Shown here in pieces: positions 18,394 to 31,688 of a stretch of DNA of 64,000 bases. A program made the position numbers and the translations under genes. The DNA lies in assembly GCA_963666765.1 (NCBI GenBank), contig OY762933.1:1854553-1918552 (forward strand), given 5' to 3'. The DNA comes from Gammaproteobacteria bacterium (GTDB lineage: Bacteria > Pseudomonadota > Gammaproteobacteria > Steroidobacterales > Foliamicaceae). Within the stretch, counting starts at the first letter, position 1. Every line of letters starts with the position of its first letter. The notes under the pieces were generated by a model. It ran no database searches. It saw only the letters and a program-made list of their open reading frames with translations, and was not told the origin of the DNA.

Positions 18394-19548
18394 CTAGACC
18401 TGCTCCAGCGCCTGAAGGAGGTCGGTGATCAGGTCGGCGGCGTCTTCGATGCCGCAGGAAAGCCGCACCAGGTTGCCCGTGATCCCGGCGGCCCGGCGGG
18501 CCTCGGGCGTCATCGTGGCGTGACTCATCAGCGGCGGAAAGCCTGCCAGGCTTTCGACGCCGCCGAGGCTTTCCGCGATCGTGAACAGTTCCAGGGCATT
18601 GAGCAATCTTTCCGGCGCATTCCCGTCGCCATGAAGGTGCAGCGAGACGATCGCGCCGAAGCCATCCATCTGCTTGCCGGCAAGCGCGTGTTGCGGGTGA
18701 TCCGCAAGACCGGGGTAGTGGACCTGCGCTACCTTCCCGTGCGCCTGCAACTCCTCGGCCACGCGTGAGGCATTGGAGAATTGCCGCCGCACCCGCAGTT
18801 CCATCGTCTTCAGTCCCCGTAGCGCCAGGTACGAATCCAGCGGAGCGAGCACGCCCCCGGTGCGATTGCGAACCTGCATCAGGCGGACGGCCAGATCGCT
18901 GTCGGAGACTGTCAGCGTCCCGCCCAATACATCGGAATGACCGGCAATGTACTTGGTAATCGAGTGCATGGAGATGTCCACGCCCAGGGCCAGGGGCCGG
19001 GTAACCAATGGGGTGGCCAGGGTGCTGTCCACACAGCTCAGGGCGCCGTTTGCCGCGCACAATTCGGAAAGGGCCTTAAGGTCGGTAATGTGCATCAGCG
19101 GGTTGGAAGGCGTTTCCATCCACACCAGCCGGGTGTTCTTGCGCCAGGCTGCCCGCAAGGCTGGCGGGCCCTCGTTCTGATGAACGTAGCTGACCTCGAA
19201 ACGCCCTTCGCCCGCGACCCGCAGCATATTGAAACTTCCGCCGTAGACATTGGCCGGCCCGATGATGTGGTCGCCGGGGGTCAGCAGTTCCAGAACGGCA
19301 GTGCTGGCGGCCATTCCCGATGCGAAGGCAAGCGTCCTCGAACCGCCCTCCAGTTCGGTCAGGGCCCGCTCGAAGGCGTCCCGCGTGGGGTTCGACTCGC
19401 GGGTGTAGATGTGCTCCGGCCGCTCCCGCATTGCCGGGTAGGCAAAGGTGGTGCTTTGATGGATCGCAGGCATGACCCCGCCGGTGGCGGCGTCATGGGT
19501 GTCGCCGGCGTGCACGCAGCGGGTGGAATTGCCTTGCTTTCTGGTCAT
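18394..19548 (-). CDS. PLP-dependent trans-sulfuration enzyme (cystathionine gamma-synthase/lyase family)
   Basis: STRCVHAG near the N-terminus and SITKYIAGHSDVLGG with the PLP lysine. Trimmed to the ATG at 19548. Confidence 0.85.
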   Translation of the reverse strand: MTRKQGNSTRCVHAGDTHDAATGGVMPAIHQSTTFAYPAMRERPEHIYTRESNPTRDAFERALTELEGGSRTLAFASGMAASTAVLELLTPGDHIIGPANVYGGSFNMLRVAGEGRFEVSYVHQNEGPPALRAAWRKNTRLVWMETPSNPLMHITDLKALSELCAANGALSCVDSTLATPLVTRPLALGVDISMHSITKYIAGHSDVLGGTLTVSDSDLAVRLMQVRNRTGGVLAPLDSYLALRGLKTMELRVRRQFSNASRVAEELQAHGKVAQVHYPGLADHPQHALAGKQMDGFGAIVSLHLHGDGNAPERLLNALELFTIAESLGGVESLAGFPPLMSHATMTPEARRAAGITGNLVRLSCGIEDAADLITDLLQALEQV

Positions 19549-19634
19549 GGTGCTGAATCCTGAAGGCGCATTATGGCGGGAAGCGCCGAGAACACAATAC
19601 TCGCGCCGTGGCGCGTGTCGGGGAAAATAGGGCG

Positions 19635-20480
19635 ATGGCGACCGCGCGAAGTCCGGAGTCTCTGTTGCGGGAGGGAACAAGGCGGCTTGCGCGCGTCAGT
19701 GAGACTGCGCGGCTGGATTGCGAGTTGCTGCTGGCCCTTGCGCTGGGCCTGGATCGGGCCGCGCTTTACGGGCGCACGGCGGAAGAATTGGCGTCCGGGG
19801 CGGTGGAGCGTTTCGAAACGCTGCTGGCCGAACGGATGGGCGGGAGGCCGATGGCGCAGATCATCGGGCGCAGGGAGTTCCATTCGCTGGAATTCGAGAT
19901 TACCGACGAGGTGCTCGTGCCGCGGCCGGAGACCGAATTGCTGGTGGAGATCGTTCGCGAGGACGTGCGTGCGAAGGGCGGAAATCCGCGGATACTGGAC
20001 CTGGGGACCGGTTCCGGCGCGGTGGCTGTCGCGCTGGCGCGGATCCTGCCCGAATCGCAGGTCGTGGCCTCCGACATTTCCCACGCTGCGCTCGCCGTTG
20101 CCCGGCGCAACGCCGCCGGGATGGCGCCGGGCCGGGTGCGATTCGTTCAGGGCTCCTGGTACGGTCCGCTGGACGGCCGCCGCTTCGACGCCATCGCCTG
20201 CAATCCACCGTACGTGGAGTCCGCACTCTGCGGCGAACAGCCCCTGTGCTTCGAGCCGCGCCAGGCACTGGACGGCGGCCCGGACGGCCTCCGGCAACTG
20301 CGCCTGGCGATTGCCGGGGCGCCGGCGCACCTGAACCGCGGCGGAATGCTGGCGGTGGAGCATGGCGCAGAGCAGGGCGCTCCGGTCCGCTCACTGATGC
20401 GCAGCGCCGGACTCAAGGCGGCGATTACCCACCGCGACCTGGCCGGCCATGAACGGGTAACGGCGGCCCGCATGCCGTAA
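19635..20480 (+). CDS. prmC: Release-factor glutamine N5-methyltransferase PrmC (HemK)
   Basis: ILDLGTGSGAVAV (SAM motif) and IACNPPYV (NPPY). The start could be the ATG at 19635 or the GTG at 19608. Confidence 0.85.
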   Translation: MATARSPESLLREGTRRLARVSETARLDCELLLALALGLDRAALYGRTAEELASGAVERFETLLAERMGGRPMAQIIGRREFHSLEFEITDEVLVPRPETELLVEIVREDVRAKGGNPRILDLGTGSGAVAVALARILPESQVVASDISHAALAVARRNAAGMAPGRVRFVQGSWYGPLDGRRFDAIACNPPYVESALCGEQPLCFEPRQALDGGPDGLRQLRLAIAGAPAHLNRGGMLAVEHGAEQGAPVRSLMRSAGLKAAITHRDLAGHERVTAARMP

Positions 20481-20502
20481 GGGCGGGAGGCCCGTCCCGC
20501 CC
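20481..20502. terminator. GC hairpin between convergent prmC and metH
   Basis: An 8-bp gggcggga/tcccgccc stem lies directly after the prmC TAA. It contains the recurring core cgtcccgccc. Confidence 0.45.
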
Positions 20503-20514
20503 TCGCTCCCGGAG

Positions 20515-24200
<3,686 letters not shown>

Positions 24201-24204
<4 letters not shown>

Positions 24205-25067
24205 GACTGCATCCCCGGTGCGCTCAACCCGAGCGCCTCGCAGATGGCCGCGGTCAGCGGTGCCCGGTTCATGGTGTAGATGTGAAAACGCTCCACGCCG
24301 TTCTCCGCCAGGTCTTGAACCTGGTCCAGCGTGAAACCGTCCGCGATTTCCCGTACCGCATCGGCGTCATCCGCGGCCTGTTCGAAGCGCGTGCGCAGCA
24401 CCGCCGGAACTTCAACGTGGGTCTTGCCGGCAAACGAGAACACCTGCCTGTGGTTGTGCAGGGGCATGATGCCGGGCGCCAGGAGCTTCTCCAGGCCCGC
24501 GGCGGCGAAGACATCGCGCAATCGGTAGTACCTGTCGTTATCGAGGAAGAACTGGGTGATGGCCAGGGTGGCGCCCGCGTCGAGCTTCTGCTTCACGAAC
24601 TCCAGGTGCTGACGCAAAGCAGCGCTGTCGCCGCCGCCGTGCTCCGGGTGCGCGCCCACCATGACCTCGCGTATTCCGGAGGCCCTCAGGTCGGCAATCA
24701 ATTCCACCGTCGAGGAATAGCCGCGCGAACGCACGTCCTCGGGAACGCCGTCCGCGGGGATGTCTCCGCGCAACGCAACCATTCTCCGCACGCCCTGTTC
24801 GACGTAGTCCCGCACGATCTCCCGCACCTCCTCGCGGGTGTGCGAGACATGAGTGAGATGGGGCGCGCAATCGCTGCCGTATTCGCGCCGGATCCGCCGC
24901 ACCCAGCGCGCCGTTCCGTCGCGCGTCGAGCCGCCGGCGCCATACGAGACGGTGCAGTACAGCGGGCCGTACGGCAACAGGCGCGCCAGCGTCGCCTCCA
25001 GCATCGCGGTCAGTTCTTCCGTTCGTGGCGGAAAGAACTCCAGCGAAATTTTTGCGGGTCGGTTCAT
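24201..25067 (-). CDS. metF: 5,10-methylenetetrahydrofolate reductase
   Basis: [12 protein letters not shown] near the N-terminus, and the length is typical. The ATG at 25067 is preferred over the TTG at 25088. Confidence 0.85.
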
Positions 25068-25193
25068 GGAAAACTCAAGCGTGGACAATTCACGCTGCGC
25101 GCATCATACTCATTCGCTTGCCCATTTCCCCGGCGGCTACCCATAGCGGCCTGCTTCAGGCCGCGGGTTCCGCCGGGCAATCGTTCGCCCGGC

Positions 25194-26414
25194 ATGTCCA
25201 GTTCCGCATTATCCACACCCGCCTACCGCCGCTTTCTGATCGGCAGCACCATCACTACGCACGGGCTTTGGATTCTGCGGCTGTCGCTGGGATGGCAGGC
25301 CTGGCAGCTGACCGAATCAGAGTTTTTCGTCGCGGCGGTAGCGTTTGCCGCTTATTTCCCGGTGGCCGTGCTGGGACCGGTATTCGGGGCCTACGCCGAC
25401 CGCTGGGACCGGCGCCGGGCGGCGCAGGTCTTCAACCTGCTCAACATCGGCGTCACCGCCGGCCTTTTCGGACTGGCGGCGCTCGGCCTGATGACGCCGG
25501 CCGCACTGTTTTTTCTGGCGCTGTCATTCGGCGTGTTCAGCGGCGGATATACGCCCATGCGCCTTGCCCTGATGGCCAACCTGGTGCCCTCCATGCAACT
25601 GGCCAGCGCCGTGGGACTCGGGGCGGTCAGCTTTAATATCGCGCGCGTCATCGGTCCGGTGCTCGGCGGTTACATCATCAAGTTCTTTGGCCTGGCGCCG
25701 GCGTTCGCGCTCAGCACCGCCACTTTTCTCGGCATGGCATGGGTGCTCTGGGACCTGAAGCTGCAACCCGTTACGCGTGAACTGGAGCGCCAGATCGGGC
25801 TGGCCCGCCTGCTGCGCGACGGCCTCAAGTACACGTTGAGTCATCCCGCGATCCGCTTCTACCTTGTACTGGTAATGATCGGCGCCACTTTCGGACGCGC
25901 CCTTTTCGAACTGATGGCGCCGTACGCGGACGAGGTTTTCCAGCGCGGCAGCGACGGCATGTCCCTGCTGATTTCGGCTTTCGGAGTCGGAGCAGTGCTG
26001 GGCGGCCTGTTTGTGGCCCGCAACAAGTCGCTGCAGCAACTTCGCAAGTGGACAGTCGTTTGCACGGCGCTAACCGGACTGCTCATCGTCGTATTCGGCT
26101 TTACCGGCAATTTCTGGCTCGCCATGCTGCAATTGCCGGTCTTCGGCTGCGTCCTGACCATTTGCGGAGTGGGATCGCAGACGCTTACCCAGACCGTCGT
26201 GAAAGAAAAGTACCGGGGCCGCGTGATGAGCCTGTGGAGCGTGGTGGCGTTCGGGGGCGTGGCCCTGGGCAGCGCGGCGCTTGGTGGCTGGGCCCAGTCG
26301 ATCGGCCTGACCGCGGCCACCGTGTATTGGGGCGGGGTGGCGGCTGTGTTGGGACTGTGCACCCTGCTCTGGCTGACGCGGGTTCCGCAGCCGGAGGCGG
26401 CCGGCGCCTCCTGA
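25194..26414 (+). CDS. MFS transporter
   Basis: This is the second half of track ORF 24282..26414; the first half is antisense to metF. It has about 12 hydrophobic segments and YADRWDRRR in loop 2-3. Confidence 0.75.
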   Translation: MSSSALSTPAYRRFLIGSTITTHGLWILRLSLGWQAWQLTESEFFVAAVAFAAYFPVAVLGPVFGAYADRWDRRRAAQVFNLLNIGVTAGLFGLAALGLMTPAALFFLALSFGVFSGGYTPMRLALMANLVPSMQLASAVGLGAVSFNIARVIGPVLGGYIIKFFGLAPAFALSTATFLGMAWVLWDLKLQPVTRELERQIGLARLLRDGLKYTLSHPAIRFYLVLVMIGATFGRALFELMAPYADEVFQRGSDGMSLLISAFGVGAVLGGLFVARNKSLQQLRKWTVVCTALTGLLIVVFGFTGNFWLAMLQLPVFGCVLTICGVGSQTLTQTVVKEKYRGRVMSLWSVVAFGGVALGSAALGGWAQSIGLTAATVYWGGVAAVLGLCTLLWLTRVPQPEAAGAS

Positions 26415-26428
26415 CACCGCTCCCGGGG

Positions 26429-27637
26429 CTATTCGTGGCGCAGGGCTTCGATGGGATCCAGCGTTGACGCGCGGCGGGCGGGCCACAGTCCGAAGACGAT
26501 GCCGATGAGCAGACTGCAACCCAGCCCCACCCCGATCGATTCCGCCGCCACCACGGTCTGCCAGTTGAAAAACTGAGCGAGAAGCCTCGACGCACCCCAG
26601 CCGGCGGCCACACCCAGCACGCCGCCCAGCAGGCACAGCAGCGAGGATTCGACCAGGATCTGCGACATGATGGCCGTGCGCGTAGCGCCTATCGCCCGGC
26701 GCACGCCGATCTCGCGGGTCCGCTCGGCGACAGTCACCAGCATGATGTTCATGATGCCGATTCCTCCCACCACCAGGCTGACCCCGGCGATCGCCGGAAG
26801 CAGCAGGGCGAAGATGCGGGTGGTTTCCTCGCGGACCTCCAGGAACTGCTTGCGGTCCAGGATTCCGAAATCGTTGTCCTCGCCCGGGCGGATGCGGTGC
26901 TCGCGACGCAGGATGCGTTCGACGTCCACCAGCGCCTGCTCCACCGCCGAACCGGAGCGGATCTGCACGTCCATGCTTTCCAGCCGGTCACTGCCCGTCA
27001 CCCGGTACTGCGCCGTGGACAGCGGCACCAGTACATCGTCATTTGGATTCTGCATTCCGACCGAGCCGGATTCCTCCAATACGCCGATCACGGTGAAAGG
27101 AACGCCCCCCAGCAACGCCGTTTGCCCAAGCAAGGCGGCTGCCGTGGTTTCCAGCTTTCCGGGCACTTCGCTGCCGAGCACCGCTACGCGCAGGCGCGCT
27201 TCTTCTTCCTGCGGAACGAACATCCTTCCGGCGGCTATTTCATAGCGATGCAGGAGCGGGTATTCGAAAGTGGAACCGATCAGCTCGACGCGTGTGTTGC
27301 TGTTGCCGAACTCGAATTGCAGACGCTGCGAGATCCTGGGCACCACGCTCTCAAGATGGCGCGCGTCCCGCCGAAGCGCGGCGGCGTCGTCCACGCCCAG
27401 GCTGCTGTTTTCGAGCGACACGCCCCAGAACCGGCGCTGGGAATTGGTGACCGCCAGGATGTCGGCCCCCAGCGCCTCCATCTGCTCCTCCACGGCCCGC
27501 TGCGCGCCGGTACCCAGTGAAACCATCGTCACCACCGCCGCCACGCCGATGATCATGCCCAGCATGGTCAGCAAAGCGCGAAACAGGTTGGCACCGATCG
27601 ATTCCAGCGCCTGCCTCAGAACGTCAAGGAAGTACAT
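26429..27637 (-). CDS. ABC-transporter permease of the FtsX/MacB type, no partner ATPase nearby
   Basis: N-terminal FRALLTMLGMIIGVAAVV, a large periplasmic domain, and a C-terminal FtsX-like three-TM bundle (RTREIGVRRAIGAT). Trimmed to the ATG at 27637. Confidence 0.75.
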   Translation of the reverse strand: MYFLDVLRQALESIGANLFRALLTMLGMIIGVAAVVTMVSLGTGAQRAVEEQMEALGADILAVTNSQRRFWGVSLENSSLGVDDAAALRRDARHLESVVPRISQRLQFEFGNSNTRVELIGSTFEYPLLHRYEIAAGRMFVPQEEEARLRVAVLGSEVPGKLETTAAALLGQTALLGGVPFTVIGVLEESGSVGMQNPNDDVLVPLSTAQYRVTGSDRLESMDVQIRSGSAVEQALVDVERILRREHRIRPGEDNDFGILDRKQFLEVREETTRIFALLLPAIAGVSLVVGGIGIMNIMLVTVAERTREIGVRRAIGATRTAIMSQILVESSLLCLLGGVLGVAAGWGASRLLAQFFNWQTVVAAESIGVGLGCSLLIGIVFGLWPARRASTLDPIEALRHE

Positions 27638-27743
27638 CGCGTAAAGAATAGACCATGACACCCCCGCTTGCGCCAATCGCCGTGGGTCTTGCCGGTTCAG
27701 CCCGCCGCATTCGGCTGAGTTCAGGGACGCAGTCTGGTCTCGT

Positions 27744-29384
27744 ATGATTCCCTGTGCAAAATCGTTTGCGAGGTTTCTCTCCGTCAACTCCTTCGACTAC
27801 ATCGTCGTGGGCGCCGGTTCGGCGGGCTGCGCCGTGGCCAACCGTTTGACGGAGCATCCGGACACGCGGGTATTGCTGCTGGAGGCCGGCGGCGCCGACC
27901 GCTCGCTGTATATCCGCATGCCCGCGGCGATCATCCGCGCCATCGGCAATCCGAAGATCGACTGGTGCTATCAGGCCGAACCCGATCCCAGCCGCAATAA
28001 TCGGGTCGACCTGTGGCCGGCCGGCAAGACCCTGGGCGGCAGCAGCTCGATCAACGGCATGCTTTTCGTGCGCGGCGCGGCCGATGACTTCGATCGCTGG
28101 GCCGCGGAAGGCTGCCCCGGCTGGAGCTACGCCGACGTGCTGCCGTATTTCAAGCGGATGGAATCCACGCCGCTGGGCGACGACCGTTGTCGCGGCCGCA
28201 CCGGCCCGGTACGCACCGCGGCCCTGCGCACCACGCATCCGCTGGCGCACACCTTCGTGCAGGCCGCCGTCGAGACAGGCCTGACGCTCAACCAGGACTA
28301 CAACGGCGTCTCCCAGGAGGGCGTGGCCTATACCGAAGTGAACCAGCAGCGTGGCCGCCGATTTAACGCCGCGAGGGCCTATCTGCATCCCGTGCGCCGG
28401 CGCCGCAATCTCGTGCTGCGCACCCGTAGCGCGTGCCACCGGCTGCTGTTTCGGAACGGCCGCTGCGTGGGCGTGGAATATCGGAATGGAGGCCGGCTTT
28501 ACCGCGCCGAGGCCGCACACGAGGTGATCCTGTGCGCCGGCGCCATCGCCTCCCCCAAGCTTCTCATGCTGTCGGGGATCGGGCCCGCGGAGCAGCTGCG
28601 CGAGGCCGGTATCGAAGTCGTCAGGGACCTTCCGGGCGTAGGCGCGAATCTTCAGGAACACCCCGAGGGCATGGTGGGCATCGATGTGAACGTGTCCACC
28701 TATAACACCGAGATCAACAGCTGGAAGATCGTCCTGCACGGGCTGAACTGGCTGCTGTTCGGCCGCGGGCCCGCCACCAGCCCTTACCCGCACGCGGTGG
28801 CCTTCATCCGCTCCACTCCTGATGAGCCAAGACCGGACATCCAGGTGCAACTGGGTCCCTACGCGTTCAGTTTCTCGGAAGAAGGCGTGATTCCGTATGA
28901 CCGCCCGGCCATTTCGGCCGCGATCAACGTTTCCCATCCCCGTTCGCGCGGCAGCATACGGCTGCGCAGCGCCGATCCGAATGCACCCCCGATCATTTCG
29001 CACGGGCTGCTGGCCGACGACGACGATATGGAGCGGCTGATCAAGGGTTGCCGGAAGGTCCGTGAAATACTCAACGGCGCCGCGTTCGCGCCGTACCGCA
29101 TAGGCGAGCGGCTGCCCGGCCCGGACGTGCATAGCTACGATGAATGGCGCGAATACCTGCGCCGGACCGCCTTTCTCGGCTACCACCCCGTGGGCACATG
29201 CAAAATGGGCACAGACGCGCTGGCGGTCACCCGGCCCGATTTGAGCGTGCACGGCATCGACGGGCTACGCGTTGCCGACGCTTCGGTGATGCCCAGTCTG
29301 ACCAGCGGCAATACCAACGCCACCGCGATGATGATCGGCGAGCGCGCGGCGGACCTCATCCGAAATAGCGGCGACGGCCGATGA
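27744..29384 (+). CDS. GMC-family FAD oxidoreductase (choline dehydrogenase-like)
   Basis: FDYIVVGAGSAGCAVANRL, GGSSSINGM, and the C-terminal HPVGTCKMG...NTNATAMMIGERAAD. Confidence 0.9.
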   Translation: MIPCAKSFARFLSVNSFDYIVVGAGSAGCAVANRLTEHPDTRVLLLEAGGADRSLYIRMPAAIIRAIGNPKIDWCYQAEPDPSRNNRVDLWPAGKTLGGSSSINGMLFVRGAADDFDRWAAEGCPGWSYADVLPYFKRMESTPLGDDRCRGRTGPVRTAALRTTHPLAHTFVQAAVETGLTLNQDYNGVSQEGVAYTEVNQQRGRRFNAARAYLHPVRRRRNLVLRTRSACHRLLFRNGRCVGVEYRNGGRLYRAEAAHEVILCAGAIASPKLLMLSGIGPAEQLREAGIEVVRDLPGVGANLQEHPEGMVGIDVNVSTYNTEINSWKIVLHGLNWLLFGRGPATSPYPHAVAFIRSTPDEPRPDIQVQLGPYAFSFSEEGVIPYDRPAISAAINVSHPRSRGSIRLRSADPNAPPIISHGLLADDDDMERLIKGCRKVREILNGAAFAPYRIGERLPGPDVHSYDEWREYLRRTAFLGYHPVGTCKMGTDALAVTRPDLSVHGIDGLRVADASVMPSLTSGNTNATAMMIGERAADLIRNSGDGR

Positions 29385-29451
29385 CGCCCAACGCCACAGG
29401 CCCAAGGCATTAGCCGGTCAGCCACCGAAACTTCAAGGGAGAAAACGAACC

Positions 29452-30327
29452 ATGGTCAACAGACGCACTTTCGTTACCGCCGCGGCCGGCGCGACCGGCT
29501 CATTGCTGGGGGCGCGGGCGCTTGAGGCCGCCGCACCCAAATCGGTCAGCCCGCCGGTAAGCCGGGTCGTCTCCGAGTTCCTCCATTTCGACGACCCGGT
29601 GGAGGAGTTTCGCGCGCAGATGCGCATGGAGCGCGACCTGGTCGAGGACCAGGGCACGACGCTGACCTGGTACCACTGGCTCGTATTCGTCATACCCGGG
29701 GGACGGCGCCCGGAACCCCTGATCCGCTACGAAGGAATCGAGTTCAGCTACTTCCGGCATCTCGGCGACCACAACTACCGCATCCATGCGCACAATGTTT
29801 CCTTCCCGCGCGACCTCAAGACCAACGCGTTCACGGATTCCGTGACCAATCCCATAACGGGCGAGCTTGTCGAGGTGCCCGTGACGCCGCTGCTAACCGA
29901 TCCGGGAACGATCGGGAGTCCCACCGGCTTTCGCAACCTGTCCGGCGACGGCTTTGTCCAGGCGCCCTACCGCAAGTTCCGGATCGAGAACGACCTGATC
30001 AAGATGGACCTGGTGCGCAGCGCCCCGCCCGACTGGCCTGCAACGCACATCGAGAATTCCTGCAACTGGGTGGAATTCGACCTGTTCGCGAACGAAACCA
30101 TCACTTCGTTACCCGCCCATTTCTGCGGACACTACGCATTCGAAAATCCCGCGTGGCTGAAGATGCCGGAAGGCATGGGCCACCTGGCGGGATTCTGGGA
30201 CGGCAAGAAAGTCAATTCCGCGTCCGAACTGCCGCGCGAGTTTCTCGACCGCATGGAGCGCGAATATCCGGAACTGCTCGAGCCACGCTGGGGCGAATTC
30301 GAGCGCCCGATCCCGTTTGATCTCTAG
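29452..30327 (+). CDS. Tat-signal protein, DUF1838-like family, paralogue B
   Basis: Leader MVNRRTFVTAAAGATGSLLGARA and family block FPRDLKTNAFTDSVTNPITGELVEVP. AAGGGAGAA lies upstream of the ATG. Confidence 0.7.
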   Translation: MVNRRTFVTAAAGATGSLLGARALEAAAPKSVSPPVSRVVSEFLHFDDPVEEFRAQMRMERDLVEDQGTTLTWYHWLVFVIPGGRRPEPLIRYEGIEFSYFRHLGDHNYRIHAHNVSFPRDLKTNAFTDSVTNPITGELVEVPVTPLLTDPGTIGSPTGFRNLSGDGFVQAPYRKFRIENDLIKMDLVRSAPPDWPATHIENSCNWVEFDLFANETITSLPAHFCGHYAFENPAWLKMPEGMGHLAGFWDGKKVNSASELPREFLDRMEREYPELLEPRWGEFERPIPFDL

Positions 30328-30354
30328 TTTGCGTTTCTCGCCCGTAGCCCGAGC

Positions 30355-31614
30355 TCAGGCGTCCCATAGCATGCTGACCGGCATTCCGAACAATCCGGAG
30401 CCTGCCCGCTGGACATGCTCGCCGTCGTGCAGCACGATCCCGCAGACGAATCTTTCGCCGGCAGCCTCCCTCAGCCGCTCCAGCCCCCGGAAGTCCGGAG
30501 GCCGCAGGGTCGCACCGGCTTTGACTTCAATACCAACCAAAGTCCCGGGCGAGCGTTCCAGGACAAGGTCCACTTCCACGCCATCCTTGTCTCGATAATG
30601 ACTGATCGTTGCCGTCTCTCCGGACAGTGCGACGGCCTTGGCAAGCTCCGCAAAGACAAAACACTCAAGTAACGGACCCAAGGACTGGCGATCCTGCACA
30701 ATTTCCGCTGCTCCCGTCCGCCGGAGTGCAGCCAGCAATCCGGAATCCAGAAAATGCAGCTTCGGCGCCTTTACGAGCCGCTTTAATCCGCTGCGGCGCC
30801 AGGCGCGCACGCGACGTACCACGAACATGTGCTCAAGCAAGACAAGCCAGCGGTCCACCGTCTTGCTATCGACGCCGAGCCGGGTTCCAAGTTGAGACAT
30901 GTTGAGAAGTTGGCCGCCGGAAACCGCTGCATGGTCAATCAGCCGGACCATTTCATCGAGCTTTGTGACAGCGGCGATGTCGGAAACATCGCGCTCAGCC
31001 AGCGAACGTGCATAAGCGCGAAACCAGGCCCGGCGGCGCGCAGGCACGGGGCGCGACAGCGCTTCGGGAAAACCGCCGGCGACCAGCCGCTCGATCAGGT
31101 CGTCTGTCACGCCCCTGGCCGCAAAGGCCGGAAAGTCACCGGAGAACGCACACTCGAGAAACCGGGACGGTCCGGTGGCGGCAATCTCGGCTTGCGAGAA
31201 TGGCAGCAATTCGACGGTTTCGACGCGGCCGGCCAGAGAATCGGGAGACATCGATCCCTTGAAGAGATCGACTGAACCCGTAATCAGGTAGCTTCCGGGG
31301 CGAGGATTCTCGTCAACCCGTTTCTTGAGAGCGAGAATAAGTTCCGGGGCGCGCTGCACCTCATCGAACGCGGCAAACGGCAGGCCTCGCACCAGACCCA
31401 GTGGATCGTTCCGGGCGAATTGCCTGAACTGAACATCGTCCAGGGTAATGAAAGGACGGTTCTCGTCACGGGCGATGCGCTGTGCGAGCGTCGTCTTGCC
31501 GGACTGGCGCGGTCCAACGATGGCGACGATGCGCGTGTCCGTTAGCGCCGTACGAATCGGCTCCTCGGCGTGCCGCATCACAAATGTTTCGCTTTTGGCC
31601 GGCCGGTTCGGCAT
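30355..31614 (-). CDS. AAA-type ATPase with C-terminal DUF4143-like domain
   Basis: Walker A is GPRQSGKTT and Walker B is AAFDEVQ. The C-terminal LLECFVFAELAKA...GIEVKAGATLRPPDFRGL is typical of the AAA_14/DUF4143 family. Confidence 0.75.
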   Translation of the reverse strand: MPNRPAKSETFVMRHAEEPIRTALTDTRIVAIVGPRQSGKTTLAQRIARDENRPFITLDDVQFRQFARNDPLGLVRGLPFAAFDEVQRAPELILALKKRVDENPRPGSYLITGSVDLFKGSMSPDSLAGRVETVELLPFSQAEIAATGPSRFLECAFSGDFPAFAARGVTDDLIERLVAGGFPEALSRPVPARRRAWFRAYARSLAERDVSDIAAVTKLDEMVRLIDHAAVSGGQLLNMSQLGTRLGVDSKTVDRWLVLLEHMFVVRRVRAWRRSGLKRLVKAPKLHFLDSGLLAALRRTGAAEIVQDRQSLGPLLECFVFAELAKAVALSGETATISHYRDKDGVEVDLVLERSPGTLVGIEVKAGATLRPPDFRGLERLREAAGERFVCGIVLHDGEHVQRAGSGLFGMPVSMLWDA

Positions 31615-31621
31615 GATGCGT

Positions 31622-31678
31622 CGTCCAGTTCGGATTCATTCTCCGTCTGATTCGGACTATAACACCGTCTGATTCGGA
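31622..31678. promoter_or_regulatory. Three phased direct repeats (CGTC-NNN-TTCGGA, 22-bp period) in the 74-nt gap upstream of the ATPase gene
   Basis: cgtccagttcgga at 31622, cgtctgattcgga at 31644 and cgtctgattcgga at 31666. The last two extend to an identical 14-mer, ccgtctgattcgga. Confidence 0.55.
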
Positions 31679-31688
31679 TTTCCCGTCG

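Noticed and set aside
25068-25193. Two small hairpins (gccgggc…gcccggc and gcggcctg-aag-caggccgc) in the metF leader and the divergent MFS promoter; I considered a SAM/SAH or cobalamin riboswitch
   Set aside because: The region is too short, and I could not match it to any riboswitch consensus I know. It is more likely ordinary promoter or operator structure.
31615-31688. GTTCGGATTC-like strings resembling a tRNA T-arm
   Set aside because: They are part of a three-fold direct repeat. No acceptor stem, anticodon arm or cloverleaf can be drawn.
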